A stretch of 63,009 nucleotides of DNA, counting the filler, from Rhabdomonas costata (taxonomy: Eukaryota), in NCBI GenBank assembly GCA_019059605.1. It is 49 parts of 49 records of this genome, joined end to end, with 100 filler letters (N's around TTAATTAATTAA, not from the genome) between each part and the next. Parts side by side here need not be neighbours in the genome. Positions count along the whole stretch, not along the records: positions 48,955 to 50,143 come from JAHMHO010024382.1; positions 50,244 to 51,432 come from JAHMHO010024383.1; positions 51,533 to 52,721 come from JAHMHO010024384.1; positions 52,822 to 54,010 come from JAHMHO010024385.1; positions 54,111 to 55,299 come from JAHMHO010024386.1; positions 55,400 to 56,590 come from JAHMHO010024387.1; positions 56,691 to 57,857 come from JAHMHO010024388.1; positions 57,958 to 59,146 come from JAHMHO010024389.1; 41 more parts are not named here. One strand, given 5' to 3'. The position numbers and the translations under genes are program-made. The notes below the pieces were generated by a model. The model was not told the origin of the DNA. It ran no database searches and was given only the letters and a program-made list of their open reading frames with translations. Positions 48,955 through 60,223 of the stretch are shown piece after piece. Position 1 is the first letter of the stretch, and the number at the start of each line of letters is the position of its first letter.

Positions 48955-49400
48955 GTGGCCAGTTGGTCGGCGAGATTTCGACAATGTGTCCTTAACCAGC
49001 ATGAAGCTATTGTGGATGTGTTGGGTGGTCGTGACGTGGAAGTAGAAAATGGTGAAACAGAGGTGGGCCGGAAGCGTAAGGGTCTCTACGGACATGATAA
49101 GCAAGTCTGATGTCCGTGGTGTCTTCAAAAGTTGTACTGGTAAACTTTGGTTGGACACTTTTGACAAGCTTTGGGCCTCCTAACACCTCCGAGGCTACTT
49201 CTTTGTTTGACCGCATAGCCTCCCGGTCAATTTTGTTCGCGGATAGTGCAAAAGCTGATATTGAGCCAGCAAAAGAGCATGGTCTGTTGCTGAAGAGCGT
49301 TGGCCATGGAAGTGTGGAGTACACCAGGCGAGCCGTCTCGGATGTGCTCACAAAGAGTCACAAAGGGGTCCGCAGAGCCAATGTTATGGCGCCACTGGAA
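48955..49400 (+). mobile_element. Decayed Merlin/IS1595-family DDE transposase
   Basis: Three frames joined by frameshifts give WSARFRQCV..VLGGRDVEVENGETEVGRKRK / DVRGVFKSCTGKLWLDTFD / SILFADSAKA..HGLLLKSVGHGSVEY. These parallel Merlin motifs GG...VEIDETx.G.RK, WVFG..ER.TG and TIYSD.WKAY..H.TVNHS. Confidence 0.7.
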
Positions 49401-51532
49401 CTCCTCCAAATATCCCAGGAGGTGGCCGGTGTTTGCACATCCCTTAGCAGCGAGCCAAATCTTGAGTTTCCCCCAAGATCCATCGATCCCATGACAGTCC
49501 TCAATTTACCGCGGAAATGTTCTACTTTCAGTGATTCTCGTGCGTGGGATTTTGTTATTCTTCTCACCCGGGGTTAAGGAGCATTACCTATTTTCGGATT
49601 TTGTTATTCTTTTCGCAAAAAGGTAGGGGCTTTTCATATTTTCACTGTGGTACACAACGAAAGTAATGCCGTATATTCTTCCTAATAGACACCTTGATAT
49701 TTCTGCTCTTCCAATTAATCTGCGGTTGTGGCTGTGATTGCGGTCTTGACCACGCTCAAAAGCAATTTAATTGGCATGGTAATCGAAATTTCTACAACTC
49801 GTACAAAGTGTTATATTTGCAGGTACTGACGGTATCTCGGTCCGAAATGACCCCGTTCGTCTTACGCAGTCCATTTGTGCGCTTTCTGCCAAATGAACCC
49901 TGACTCAAACTTCCGCCCGTTCATCACCCTCTTCATGACACTTGGCTTTGATTCGCCTTGGTGTCATCTGGCCAAAGGTGGGACTTTTCGACTTGAGCTG
50001 TTCAAGGGTCAAGAAATATTTGGCGGAACGGTGTTTGAAACATCTGGTAATCTCGCCCATTACTTGTGTTGAATGGAGTCAATACAATGGTACCCGAATT
50101 CTGGTCGAACCATTTTGGCTAATGGAACGGATTCACAAACCACNNNNNNNNNNNNNNNNNNNNNNNNNNNNNNNNNNNNNNNNNNNNTTAATTAATTAAN
50201 NNNNNNNNNNNNNNNNNNNNNNNNNNNNNNNNNNNNNNNNNNNTTTTGTGTGTTAGGAGACCAGCTTTGGGAACCTACGACCATCTGACATGAACTTGAA
50301 AAATCCAGGGCATCTTCTGGAACCAGAATGAGAAACCTGTGCGGAGCACCCGTCATGACAGTACTCACAAGGCAGATGAAAGTTGTGTTGTCCGGCTTTT
50401 CCTTTCGCCATGGGTGAAAAAAGGCGACAGAAGGAAGTGAAACCCGCCTTCGGCATACCTTCAGGTACTTGACGTATTGTGAGCTCATGTGCCTGGGAAG
50501 GGCAGAGGCTGGCGCAGTGGACGTCGCAGCAGTGGCCGCGGCAGCTGGCGCCTGTTGCGGACAAAGAGAGCAACATCGAATTAAAATTCAGTCAAAAGCG
50601 TTTCCAAAAGCGTGGGTTCAGGGCGAGTGAGCCCCCTGAACGCAAAGAAATAGGGACCCGGCTGCTTCCACTTCGGGGAAGTCCATCCCAAGGGTGAGAG
50701 CGGCCTTCCTTTGCCGCGTCCATCGTGGCTGCCATGAAAGTCGCCTGGGTTGCCTGGGGAGCCTCACTCTAAGAAAATATGCCGGTGCGTGAAAAGACCG
50801 TGAAGTACGAGAAAAGCGAGTACGTGCATCGCCACCTAACCCCCTTCTATTGGAATCCCAGAGAGCACGTTCATCGCCACCTGACCCCCAGCAAACCTTC
50901 TATTACAGAGTACAGAGTCCTACAATACCTGTATTTCCATGATTTGGGGGAAACTCTTTCCTGGGAAAATATATACACTTTGGATAATTATTTCTCGCTG
51001 GGGAAACTTGGCCAAACACCCCTTCAGATGGGTTCTCGCTCCATCGAAACAAAAAATGAAAAAAGGTTTTGGAGGGTAAAAATATGGAATATGTTGAAAA
51101 GCACATGTTGCAAAAGCACATGCGCTCCAAAAGGAGTCACAAACCTGCAAGGGCTTCTGCCCAGAGGAATCTATGGCGCGGAAGCCGCCAGCAGTCTCCG
51201 AAGGTAAGGCTCTTCCAAAGCTTAAAAAAACAAGGATAAAAGTTGAGAAAAGAACAAGAAAACAATGAAGTACTGTAAAAACAGCGAATTAAGACGGTAC
51301 CTTCCTCGAGCAACCACAGGAGGAAGCGTCTTCGAGGGTGGCGGTGGAGAAACGGGTGAAATGGGCGCCACAGGAGCAGGGTGAGGTTCTACGAGGTGGA
51401 ACATAAAAGGGTGAGTCAAGGGCAAAACCACCNNNNNNNNNNNNNNNNNNNNNNNNNNNNNNNNNNNNNNNNNNNNTTAATTAATTAANNNNNNNNNNNN
51501 NNNNNNNNNNNNNNNNNNNNNNNNNNNNNNNN

Positions 51533-52721
51533 GAGGTGAGGTGCGTGTGTTTTGGAGAGAGTTGTAGTGATCAGCGTATGTGTGGTTGGTGTGGACTGTT
51601 GGATAGGTTTTTTGTTTGTTCTTTGTGTTCGGTGTTCCTGGTATATTTGCGCAGTAGTGGAAGTAGGTTGGATATTGTGGTACGGTGTCTGACTGATGGT
51701 GTGTGTGGTTGTTTGGGCTGAGTTGACGTTGGTGGATGTTTGAGGGCTGTGGAGATGGTCGGTGGGTTCTGCTATTGGTCTTGTGGTTTGGTGGCGTTGG
51801 CTGTGGTTGTGGAAGTGGAGGAGTTGGTGGTGGTTGTGAGAGTTATGGTACTGACTTTGTGGCGTGTGTTATGACTTCGGTGGTTCGATGTTGTGGATGT
51901 GGTTTCTGTGTTGGTTGGGAATTCGTAGGTCTTTTCATTCGGTATTGGCACTTGTTGAATTTGGAAAGTAGCTAGATTAGTGTCTGCGTATCCGATAGTA
52001 CGCGACTGCACAAAGACAACAAAGCACATCTCTGGCCAGAGTACCATGTTTATAACATTCAAGTAGTTGCAATGACTGACAGACTCCAGTGGTTGGGTGT
52101 CCTATATATTAATTCTGAGTTCTGGAACTTACACGCTATGGTACAACAATGCCTGGTACAACTCAGTGAGGGGAATCAACGTGCAGTAGTAGTGGCTAAA
52201 GTGGTAGTGGTAATAGCGGTTGTTATGCCAGTTGTTGGAACGTCACCACACTAGAGGGTTTATTGCACACACCGGTCAACGCCAAGACGTTCACCACCAC
52301 CATAACTCCACTCTCATAATAGTATTTCATGGAGTAAGATGTGCGTAAGTCGTAATGGCAGTGTGATATTATCACACAATGTAATGGTAGTAACATAGTA
52401 CTACCAATACCTAGTGTAATGGTAGTACCATGTCACCAACATCAGTATATGAACAGAAGCACATCAACCAAACATTAGTGGACTTTTGCAACGTGAAAGC
52501 CGCAGATGCCTACATCGTGAACACCACAAGTTACCACGTTGGTGAGTTGAGTGGGAGCGTAACAGTTCTTATGCCAGTGGAGATACAACCGACATGCGAG
52601 CGTTGTTGCTAATGTTTAAGTGTGATGTTGGATGCTACTAAGGTGCTCGTATGCTTCCATTTACACACCTACGTTTATTCCACCAACTCAGAGGGCTGTA
52701 AGTGTGAGTATACAACCAAAA
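51533..52721. other. Compositionally distinct contig: G/T-skewed region plus cassette region (candidate minicircle-like or organellar chromosome fragment)
   Basis: About 400 nt of extreme G/T skew ending at cttttcattcggta (51931); ggttgttatgcc at 52218 and agttcttatgcc at 52564; tgtaatggtagta occurs twice. Confidence 0.45.
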
Positions 52722-52866
52722 NNNNNNNNNNNNNNNNNNNNNNNNNNNNNNNNNNNNNNNNNNNNTTAATTAATTAANNNNNNNNNNNNNNNNNNNNNNN
52801 NNNNNNNNNNNNNNNNNNNNNGGGTTGTGGGCGTTCCAAATGTCTGAGCCTTTTCCTGCCCCACAG

Positions 52867-52997
52867 CTGCGCCGAGGGGCCTTAATGGCGACCATTTACA
52901 GCATTGGCTTCTCCGGTTGTAGCCGCTTTATTTGTGTGGCGAGCAGCTGGGGGACGCTACACGTGTTTGACACTTCCGCTGCACCTGAGCCTCCTAG
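52867..52997 (+). CDS. ATG18: ATG18/WIPI PROPPIN, exon carrying the LRRG lipid-binding motif
   Basis: LRRGALMATIYSIGFSGCSRFICVASSWGTLHVF matches (F/L)RRG...A.IYSI.FS....L.VSS..GT.H.F. Confidence 0.88.
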
Positions 52998-55456
52998 GCA
53001 GGGTCCGTTTTTGGACGAGAAGAGGTTTCCCCTCCAACATTTCCCTCCCCTCCCTTCAGTTCCGTTAATGATCCTGGATTTTTGCTTCCACAGTGCAGTG
53101 CATGCCAATTTTTCTGCACAATATGCTCGTGGCACCAGAGGAAGTGTCACATCTAAGAGAACATCTCAAAGAAGCAAAGAACACGTGACTTGCCTTTCTG
53201 ACCGATCTGAGAGGCGATGATGAGAATTATCGCCTCTTCGTGACTCGGTTGCATATTTAGTGCTTTTTGTTCAGTTTCAGGTCAGCTCACCCGTTCCTCG
53301 ATTCAGTTCGAAGGCTTTTCAATTGCATCACTTCAAAATTAAAATGTCAGTTGCCTTACTTCTCCGAGTTTGCGTGTTGTGTGGCCTTTACAGCTCGACG
53401 GAGCTTACCCCAAACAACCAGAAATCAACGTATGCCGCAGCCAGTGTTTTCGTTTTCGCTCCTCTTCCGTTTGCCATTTGGGTTTCGGTAAGTGCATTCT
53501 TCTCTAGCTGGGTTCGCGTGACAACGGAGTCTGGAGCTGCCCACCCGCGCCATGTGCATGAAAGCAATTGGCATTGGACACTTTGAGGGGGGGGGGCGTT
53601 AAGCATTCATCACTGCTAAACGGTCATAAATTTTCCAAACTACCTTTAAAATGTATGTGTTTCTGGTAAATGGAGAAACATTATAACCCCAATTTGCTAA
53701 AATTAATGGATGTAAGACAGTGGACACAGTTTATCTCACATGAAAGATCCGAAAACATCCGCCAGCTCCGGCCATGTCGCGGACTCGCCTCCTCCTAAAA
53801 CAATACTGTCCCACTGCAATTCATCGACAAGGATGATAGAGATGAATAATGAGATGGTAAGATTTTTGAAGGAAACTGAGGCACCCCTTTTCTTTGCGCA
53901 CTTTTGCATGCACTGGATAGGAAGCACCGCAAATGAATAGCTAATGTTTGTTCCAGTTTTGGAAACTTTTTGAACTCGGTTTACTTTTTTATCTTCCAAA
54001 AAACACACAANNNNNNNNNNNNNNNNNNNNNNNNNNNNNNNNNNNNNNNNNNNNTTAATTAATTAANNNNNNNNNNNNNNNNNNNNNNNNNNNNNNNNNN
54101 NNNNNNNNNNGCGGAGGAGCAGGGCGAGAGCATGGGCGGGCGGATGCCCAGGGTCAGCTCTCCGAGAAACTGACGGACCACTGCACGCTCCTGCAGGGCA
54201 CCATTGCGGGGCACCTCCACGGCGACCATGCCCCCGGATCGGCACCGCTGTGCTGAGAGGAATGCGACGGGGGAAAGGGAACACGCCCCTTGCCCGGAGA
54301 CGTACACAACCGGGGGCGCCCTCGGGGTAAAAGGCGGGCTCGATCTCTGTATGGAATTTGCTGGGATTGCAGATAGTGAAAGTCAGAGGACTGACAGGCT
54401 CCCAAAAACCACTACTTCTCAACCGATCGGTCCAAGAGAGGTGAAAAAGGGGGTGGGGGTGCAACAAAGGTCATTAAGGGATAAAAACTAAAAGTAACCA
54501 AAAAAATAATCACTCTGTTTAACTATAAGAAAGTTGTATCGGCCCGAAGCAGTATCTGAGTCTTCCCGAGCTGCTATGTAAGGTTTCAACCACGGCGAGA
54601 AATCACGGTAGGTCAGAACACACCAAGCTGGGACAAAGCCGCGCCTGGGTCCTCCACCGTTTCCAGCATGCCCAGGCACAACACAACGTCGAAATCTCGG
54701 TACTCGCCTGAAAAAGCCACACAAGCAATCACATTCGCAGATAATGCGAAGAAACGCGTGCGGCAGAGAAAAGCACACACAGTTCAGGAGTTCTGGAGAG
54801 CGAGCCGCACGGCTTCCGCGACCCTCGTCTCCATTATAAATTCAGAGCACTGGAGGGAAAAGGGATCAACACCAAAAGCAAACCAGTAAAACGGTTACGC
54901 AAACCTGGCAGAGTTGGCAGGGAGTCATGCACAAGTTCGATGCTTTCGCTCCATAGGCCTGGAAGGCAAGGTCACACGCAGCAAACCAAAAAGATCACGG
55001 GGAGATAACGCACAAATGAAAACGTTTTTGCGTGGCTCCCAACGTCCCAACGTCCAAGGTGCGTGTGCCTGCGAGCGTAAACGCAATGTGTCGACTAGTT
55101 TCTATTCTCTTCCTTCATTTTCAGTTGTTTGAGTTGCACGCTCAGGTGCAGCCATAACTGCACAACCGCATGTATTGGGGAACATGTGCCTCAACGACGA
55201 GAACCTAGGTCACTGAGCTGCCGCTTCGCATAGGCCAAGTTGGGCAAACTTTCGTCCACCACGGTGATCACGCTCTTCCCACCTGAAGCACCACAAAAAN
55301 NNNNNNNNNNNNNNNNNNNNNNNNNNNNNNNNNNNNNNNNNNNTTAATTAATTAANNNNNNNNNNNNNNNNNNNNNNNNNNNNNNNNNNNNNNNNNNNNG
55401 CTTCACTTTTTTCACTCGCGATAACAAAGACGTGAGTGGGGGCAACAGGGGGCGAC

Positions 55457-55784
55457 CTTGAGCCCTTCTCATCAGCAAGCCCCTCAGCTCATTGACGACC
55501 TCTTGCTTTCCCCGTGGAGGCGACGCCGCCTGGGCTGCAGGGGGTGGTACTCCTTTCTTGAAGCATTCAATCACAAGGTCGTTCACTGCGTCATCGGCGA
55601 CAAGAGCGGCCTCGGCCTCGTAAGAGTTTCCTAAGGGCATGAGCGAAATCGAGAGAAAAGGAATTCAAATCCTGTTATGGAACCCCAGCGAATGAAGAGC
55701 GTTTAGCCTACAGTTTGGGAAAAACATGGAATAGAGAGCAAAATGGAAAACTAAAATTCAAAGAAAACAATGGAGAAACAGCGC

Positions 55785-55824
<40 letters not shown>

Positions 55825-56004
55825 CACAGCACAGCACAGCACAGCACATGCCGTTGGGAGGCATTTGCAAGCACAACGCTTGCAGGTCGCGAGCTACAGT
55901 GCTCATGCTGCGCTGGCCGGGGCCTGTGTACCGAGGAGGTGGAAGACCTTTTTGAAAACACTCCAAAGCCAGCTGGTCGATGGCATCGGAGACCTCATCC
56001 CTCC
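55457..56004 (-). CDS. Unknown protein with one repeat unit per exon
   Basis: Exons 56004-55852 (GC donor) and 55630-55457 are both phase 1-1 and encode DAIDQLALECFQKGLPPP and DAVNDLVIECFKKGVPPP. Confidence 0.65.
55789..55848. repeat. Compound microsatellite (CA)n-(CACAG)n
   Basis: Seen directly in the sequence, inside an intron. Confidence 0.95.
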
Positions 56005-56877
56005 CTGAAAGTTAGGCAAAAGTGAGGATGAAAACGTGTCAACTATGCACGCAACGGATAGATATTCCCAAACACCACAATTTCATCGGCATCACCACTC
56101 TAAACCAAATTGCAAAAGACGTCCCGCTGCATCACGCGAAACTAAATATCATCCGTCGCTTCAAGAAATGCTGCCAGGTGCTTTAAAATGAATTTGTCAA
56201 ACTAAAATGCGCCAAATGACTGACTTTTCTGCTCAATGCAAAGGAAGAGTTGAATTTGGCCAAACAACAGAACAGTGGCACAAAAACAGGTGAGACCATC
56301 CACATGCTGAACAAGGGTCATGGCGATGACTTCAACTACAGCAAAGGGTCATTGCAATTGCACAAAAAAAACAAATAACTAAAAAAAAAAAACAGAGCAA
56401 ACAGAACACAACCGCAGCTTGTTCTTTGCACAAGAGCTGGGTTACAGGTCAGGAAAGTTCTGAAAACCTACCCACAATCCACATCCTCTGCAGCTACTTG
56501 TCAGTGTGCAAGGTGGTCTTTCTTCTGAGGACGCTTGGCAGGCGCCGCAGGCTACACACCCGATGGGGAGGGACAGGGAGCTCCCAGACCNNNNNNNNNN
56601 NNNNNNNNNNNNNNNNNNNNNNNNNNNNNNNNNNTTAATTAATTAANNNNNNNNNNNNNNNNNNNNNNNNNNNNNNNNNNNNNNNNNNNNAGTGTTGGGT
56701 GAGGTTGGGGTTTGGGTAAGGGTGAAAGGGTCCAACTCGGAGCTTAGGTGTGACTGGGGCAGCTGCTGGGTTGCGCCGTGTTCCACCCTTCATCTGCGTT
56801 ATTTCTTGTCCTGAGATGTTTCAAATTGTTAAACGCTCTCCCTTGAAGCTCTCTTGTGTTTCTTGCCGTTCTCATAG

Positions 56878-57823
56878 GTTCGTTTGGAGAAGCCATGCTA
56901 TGCGTTGACCGGAAATTAGGGACAACGGTCGTTGTTAAGCGGATGTTCTACAAGGGGGTTCCAGAGAAAGAAATGAAACAGGCCGTCAACGAAGTCAAGA
57001 TTCTCTCCACCCTGGACCACGTTAACATTGTGCGATACATTGACTCCTGGAGTGAAAGTGGTTGCGCTGGTGCTCTTTTCTTCCGTTCCGAACTTTTTCG
57101 CTGGGAAACCTTTCGTTAACATCCTTTTGCTTTGATTTCACTGTTCAGGTCAGTTCTACATTGAAATGGAGTATTGTGAAAATGGGGATCTTCAGACTAA
57201 GCTCCGACAGCTTCGCAAGGACGGTAGCTTCGTCGAAGAACTTGTGTGTCTCCCGGTCAAGTCCCATTTTTCTTTCAGTTTCAATAAATACCATTGTCCA
57301 GAGTGCGTTCAGCAGACAATGTAGGGAAAAAACGAGAAAAAAGTGGGAACAACAAAAACCCTGAAAACAGGCAGCAACATGTACAGTCGACCAAGATGGG
57401 TGAAAGTCGGGTCTTGGACAAACACAAATCCCATTCATTAACCTCCGAATAGGTTATCACAGCCAGTATAGCCGGAAACTTGATGCTTCTCACATGTGCA
57501 AGACTCATGCACACACACTTCGGAAGTTTCACTCCTTTCTCTGTTAACCCCCTGCCCAACAAGAAAAAATGCGCGGAAATTTCTCTTCAGGACGCGCAGG
57601 ATAACCGTGCCTTTCTTGTTCCTAGAGAATTTTCATTTCTGATTCGCGAACTCGTTGCATTGCAGTGCAAAACGTTACGTAAACGTGGGGTAAGATTCTG
57701 CGTACTCTTACCACCTCTAGTTTCTGTTGTATTTCAGCGGGCGTTGGACTGGTTCATCCAAATGTGCTCAGGTCTGAAGCATTTACACGACCAGAAGATT
57801 CTTCACCGTGACTTGAAAACTGG
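56878..57823 (+). CDS. NEK (NIMA-related) Ser/Thr kinase, three exons
   Basis: Exons 56878-57060, 57149-57243 and 57738-57823 give GSFGEAML..VVVKRM..AVNEVKILSTLDHVNIVRYIDSW..YIEMEYCENGDL..ALDWFIQMCSGLKHLHDQKILHRDLKT. Confidence 0.92.
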
Positions 57824-58481
57824 GTACACTTTTAAGTGTTGTGTGTCCCCACCCACANNNNNNNNNNNNNNNNNNNNNNNNNNNNNNNNNNNNNNNNNNN
57901 NTTAATTAATTAANNNNNNNNNNNNNNNNNNNNNNNNNNNNNNNNNNNNNNNNNNNNGGTGTGGCGCGCGATTAGGACAGCATCGGTTTAGAGGCGGTGC
58001 CAGTTCTCGGCACGGCCTCGGCGATTAGCTGAACGTGAGGAAGGGATGGAAGGCGTGTATGGCATACTGGCGGTACATAGGATACAAGTATTTCCATCGA
58101 TAAGGTTTCCTTTGTTTCCATTGATAAACGTCAACGGTTACCGTTACCACTAGTAAGTTGTAGGGGACGGTTGCCACCGTTAGCTGTTATCAAGAGAACT
58201 GTGATGCTTGTGAGTATCTGCTTCTAACACCCCCTCGTGAGGATTTGGCCACGACTGAGGAAATTCCTTTTGTTCGTAAAGTTGATGATCCTTTGATCCG
58301 GCCACTGCATACCCATGTAACAACCGCCAAACTGGCATGGGACGTATGGTGGCCCCGTCCTTTAGCATGGAACCAATCCAAGCCCCTGTTGTCAAAGCTT
58401 CTCTCATTCTCATGTGCGATTTCATAAGGGGTTTAGCAGTTCTAGAATGTATGGCTTTGGTCTGCCGGTCCTGTGGCACAG

Positions 58482-59066
58482 GAGTTCACGATGGTGGGCG
58501 GGGACTTTCTGGAGGTTTACCGTACGGCTGAGCACGCAGGGAAGTGGGACGCTGTCATGACGTGTTTCTTTCTGGACACTGCTCGCAACCCGCTGGAGTA
58601 CGTGGAGACTGTGCACCATCTTTTGGCCCCTGGCGGGGTTTGGATTAACCTCGGGCCCCTGCTCTACCACTTTGCTGAGATGCGCTCTGAGGTATATATG
58701 CCACCTTTTTATGTCTAGGGGCCAATCTTGAACAGTGTCTGCTTGGTCGGGTCAGTGTCTTTCTCTAGGTTATCGTGTTGGTCAGTAGCTTCGCATTCCA
58801 AACCCTCTCTTTGGGGAGGCAGTGGTGACACTGACTCCACCAAACTTCCCCAGGATCCCACCCACATTGGTACGCTACAGAATGGTCCGGGTCAAAAAAC
58901 CATCGGAAGTTGTGGGGATCCTCATAAGGCCCCCCTCTGAAGAAAGCACTTACATTTTTTTTCGTTCAGGTCAGCGTGGAGCTCTCGCTGGAGGAGCTCA
59001 AGGCCTCGATCCAAAAGCTCGGGTTCCGAATCGAAAGAGAGAAGCTCCAGCAGTCCCACTACACAA
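58482..59066 (+). CDS. CARNMT1: Carnosine N-methyltransferase (N2227 family), two exons
   Basis: Exons 58482-58691 and 58970-59066 give MVGGDFLEVY..WDAVMTCFFLDTARNPLEYVETVHHLLAPGGVWINLGPLLYHF..SVELSLEEL. Confidence 0.92.
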
Positions 59067-60021
59067 GTATTTCTTTTTCCCACGCCTTTTGTTCGACCAC
59101 CAGCACCACTTTGGCTCCCAACCCCCCACCCACACACACCAACACANNNNNNNNNNNNNNNNNNNNNNNNNNNNNNNNNNNNNNNNNNNNTTAATTAATT
59201 AANNNNNNNNNNNNNNNNNNNNNNNNNNNNNNNNNNNNNNNNNNNNGGTGGGGTTTGAGGGAGGCAGGGATTCCTTTTTTTCGTGCAAAGTTTTCTCGCT
59301 GCCCCGCTGGAACTGAAAGGGCGCCAGTTTTGAAAAACAATTCCGCCATTGTTTGCATTCGTTTTTTTGCCTGTTGTATAAATAAACTGCTAAAATGATT
59401 TTAAAAAAAGCCGTATTCGAAAGAAATTATTGACAGGCGACAAATTGATTTGGAAACAAGCTAGAACGCAAAAACATCGCATAAACATCATCAGCATTTG
59501 CTTAAAAGAATTTCACTCCAAAAGTTGTGGTCCTGTTGACGCAGTGCTGCGCGTAGGGGGTGGATAGACGCCGTGACTCTACGAGCACCACCACACCCAC
59601 TAGTGAGCATATCATCCTTGGGGCCGCTGTTCCTGGTACTCTTTTTTCTTACCTTGCGGTGACGTCCTGACAATGTGTACAGGAGGATGAGAGAACATTT
59701 TTGGACGAGGCCTGGGTTTGCGTTGAGTTGAGCGGTATTAACGGTTTCAGATGGTTGCTACCCTTGGAGCCCTTCGAACCCTTCGAAAGCTCACCCTATC
59801 CGCATTTGTCCATGCCGTTTGGCCTGCTCACGTCTCTATCAATCCTGATCATTCACTGATTGATTCCCTTGCTGTCACAGTTGCACAATCCTGTGCCTGG
59901 CTTCCGTGATTCCAACCATAAAAACTAATTACTAACGTCGCATTCACCCTCGACGTGTTGCTTGCTGACTGTCATTGTGACCTCCCACGCTTGTCACCGC
60001 CGTTTTGTGTCTGCTGTTCAG

Positions 60022-60223
60022 GTTTCAGCAGTACGCGATGTCCTCGCTGTCAGGGCCGATGTCCCGCAACCTGCGGTCCTCCAACGTGGTGCAGCTAGGC
60101 CAGCTCTCCACGGCGCTGATCCAGGGCCTGGCCCAGATGCAGGGGTTCCGCGACACCCTCCGCGGGATGGGCCTGCTACCACCCCCCGAGACCTCCCGCT
60201 TCGACGCCAACGGGCGGAGGATG
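60022..60223 (+). CDS. Internal exon of an unknown protein
   Basis: ttcag acceptor, GTATGT donor, strongly GC3-rich frame FQQYAMSSLSGPMSRNLRSSNVVQLGQL...; the next exon probably starts at 60331. Confidence 0.55.

Noticed and set aside
45756-52575. Integron attC sites (GCATAAC/GTTATGC resemble attC core sites)
   Set aside because: The copies are all in the same orientation, with no paired inverse core at attC distance and no bacterial-type ORFs or integrase.
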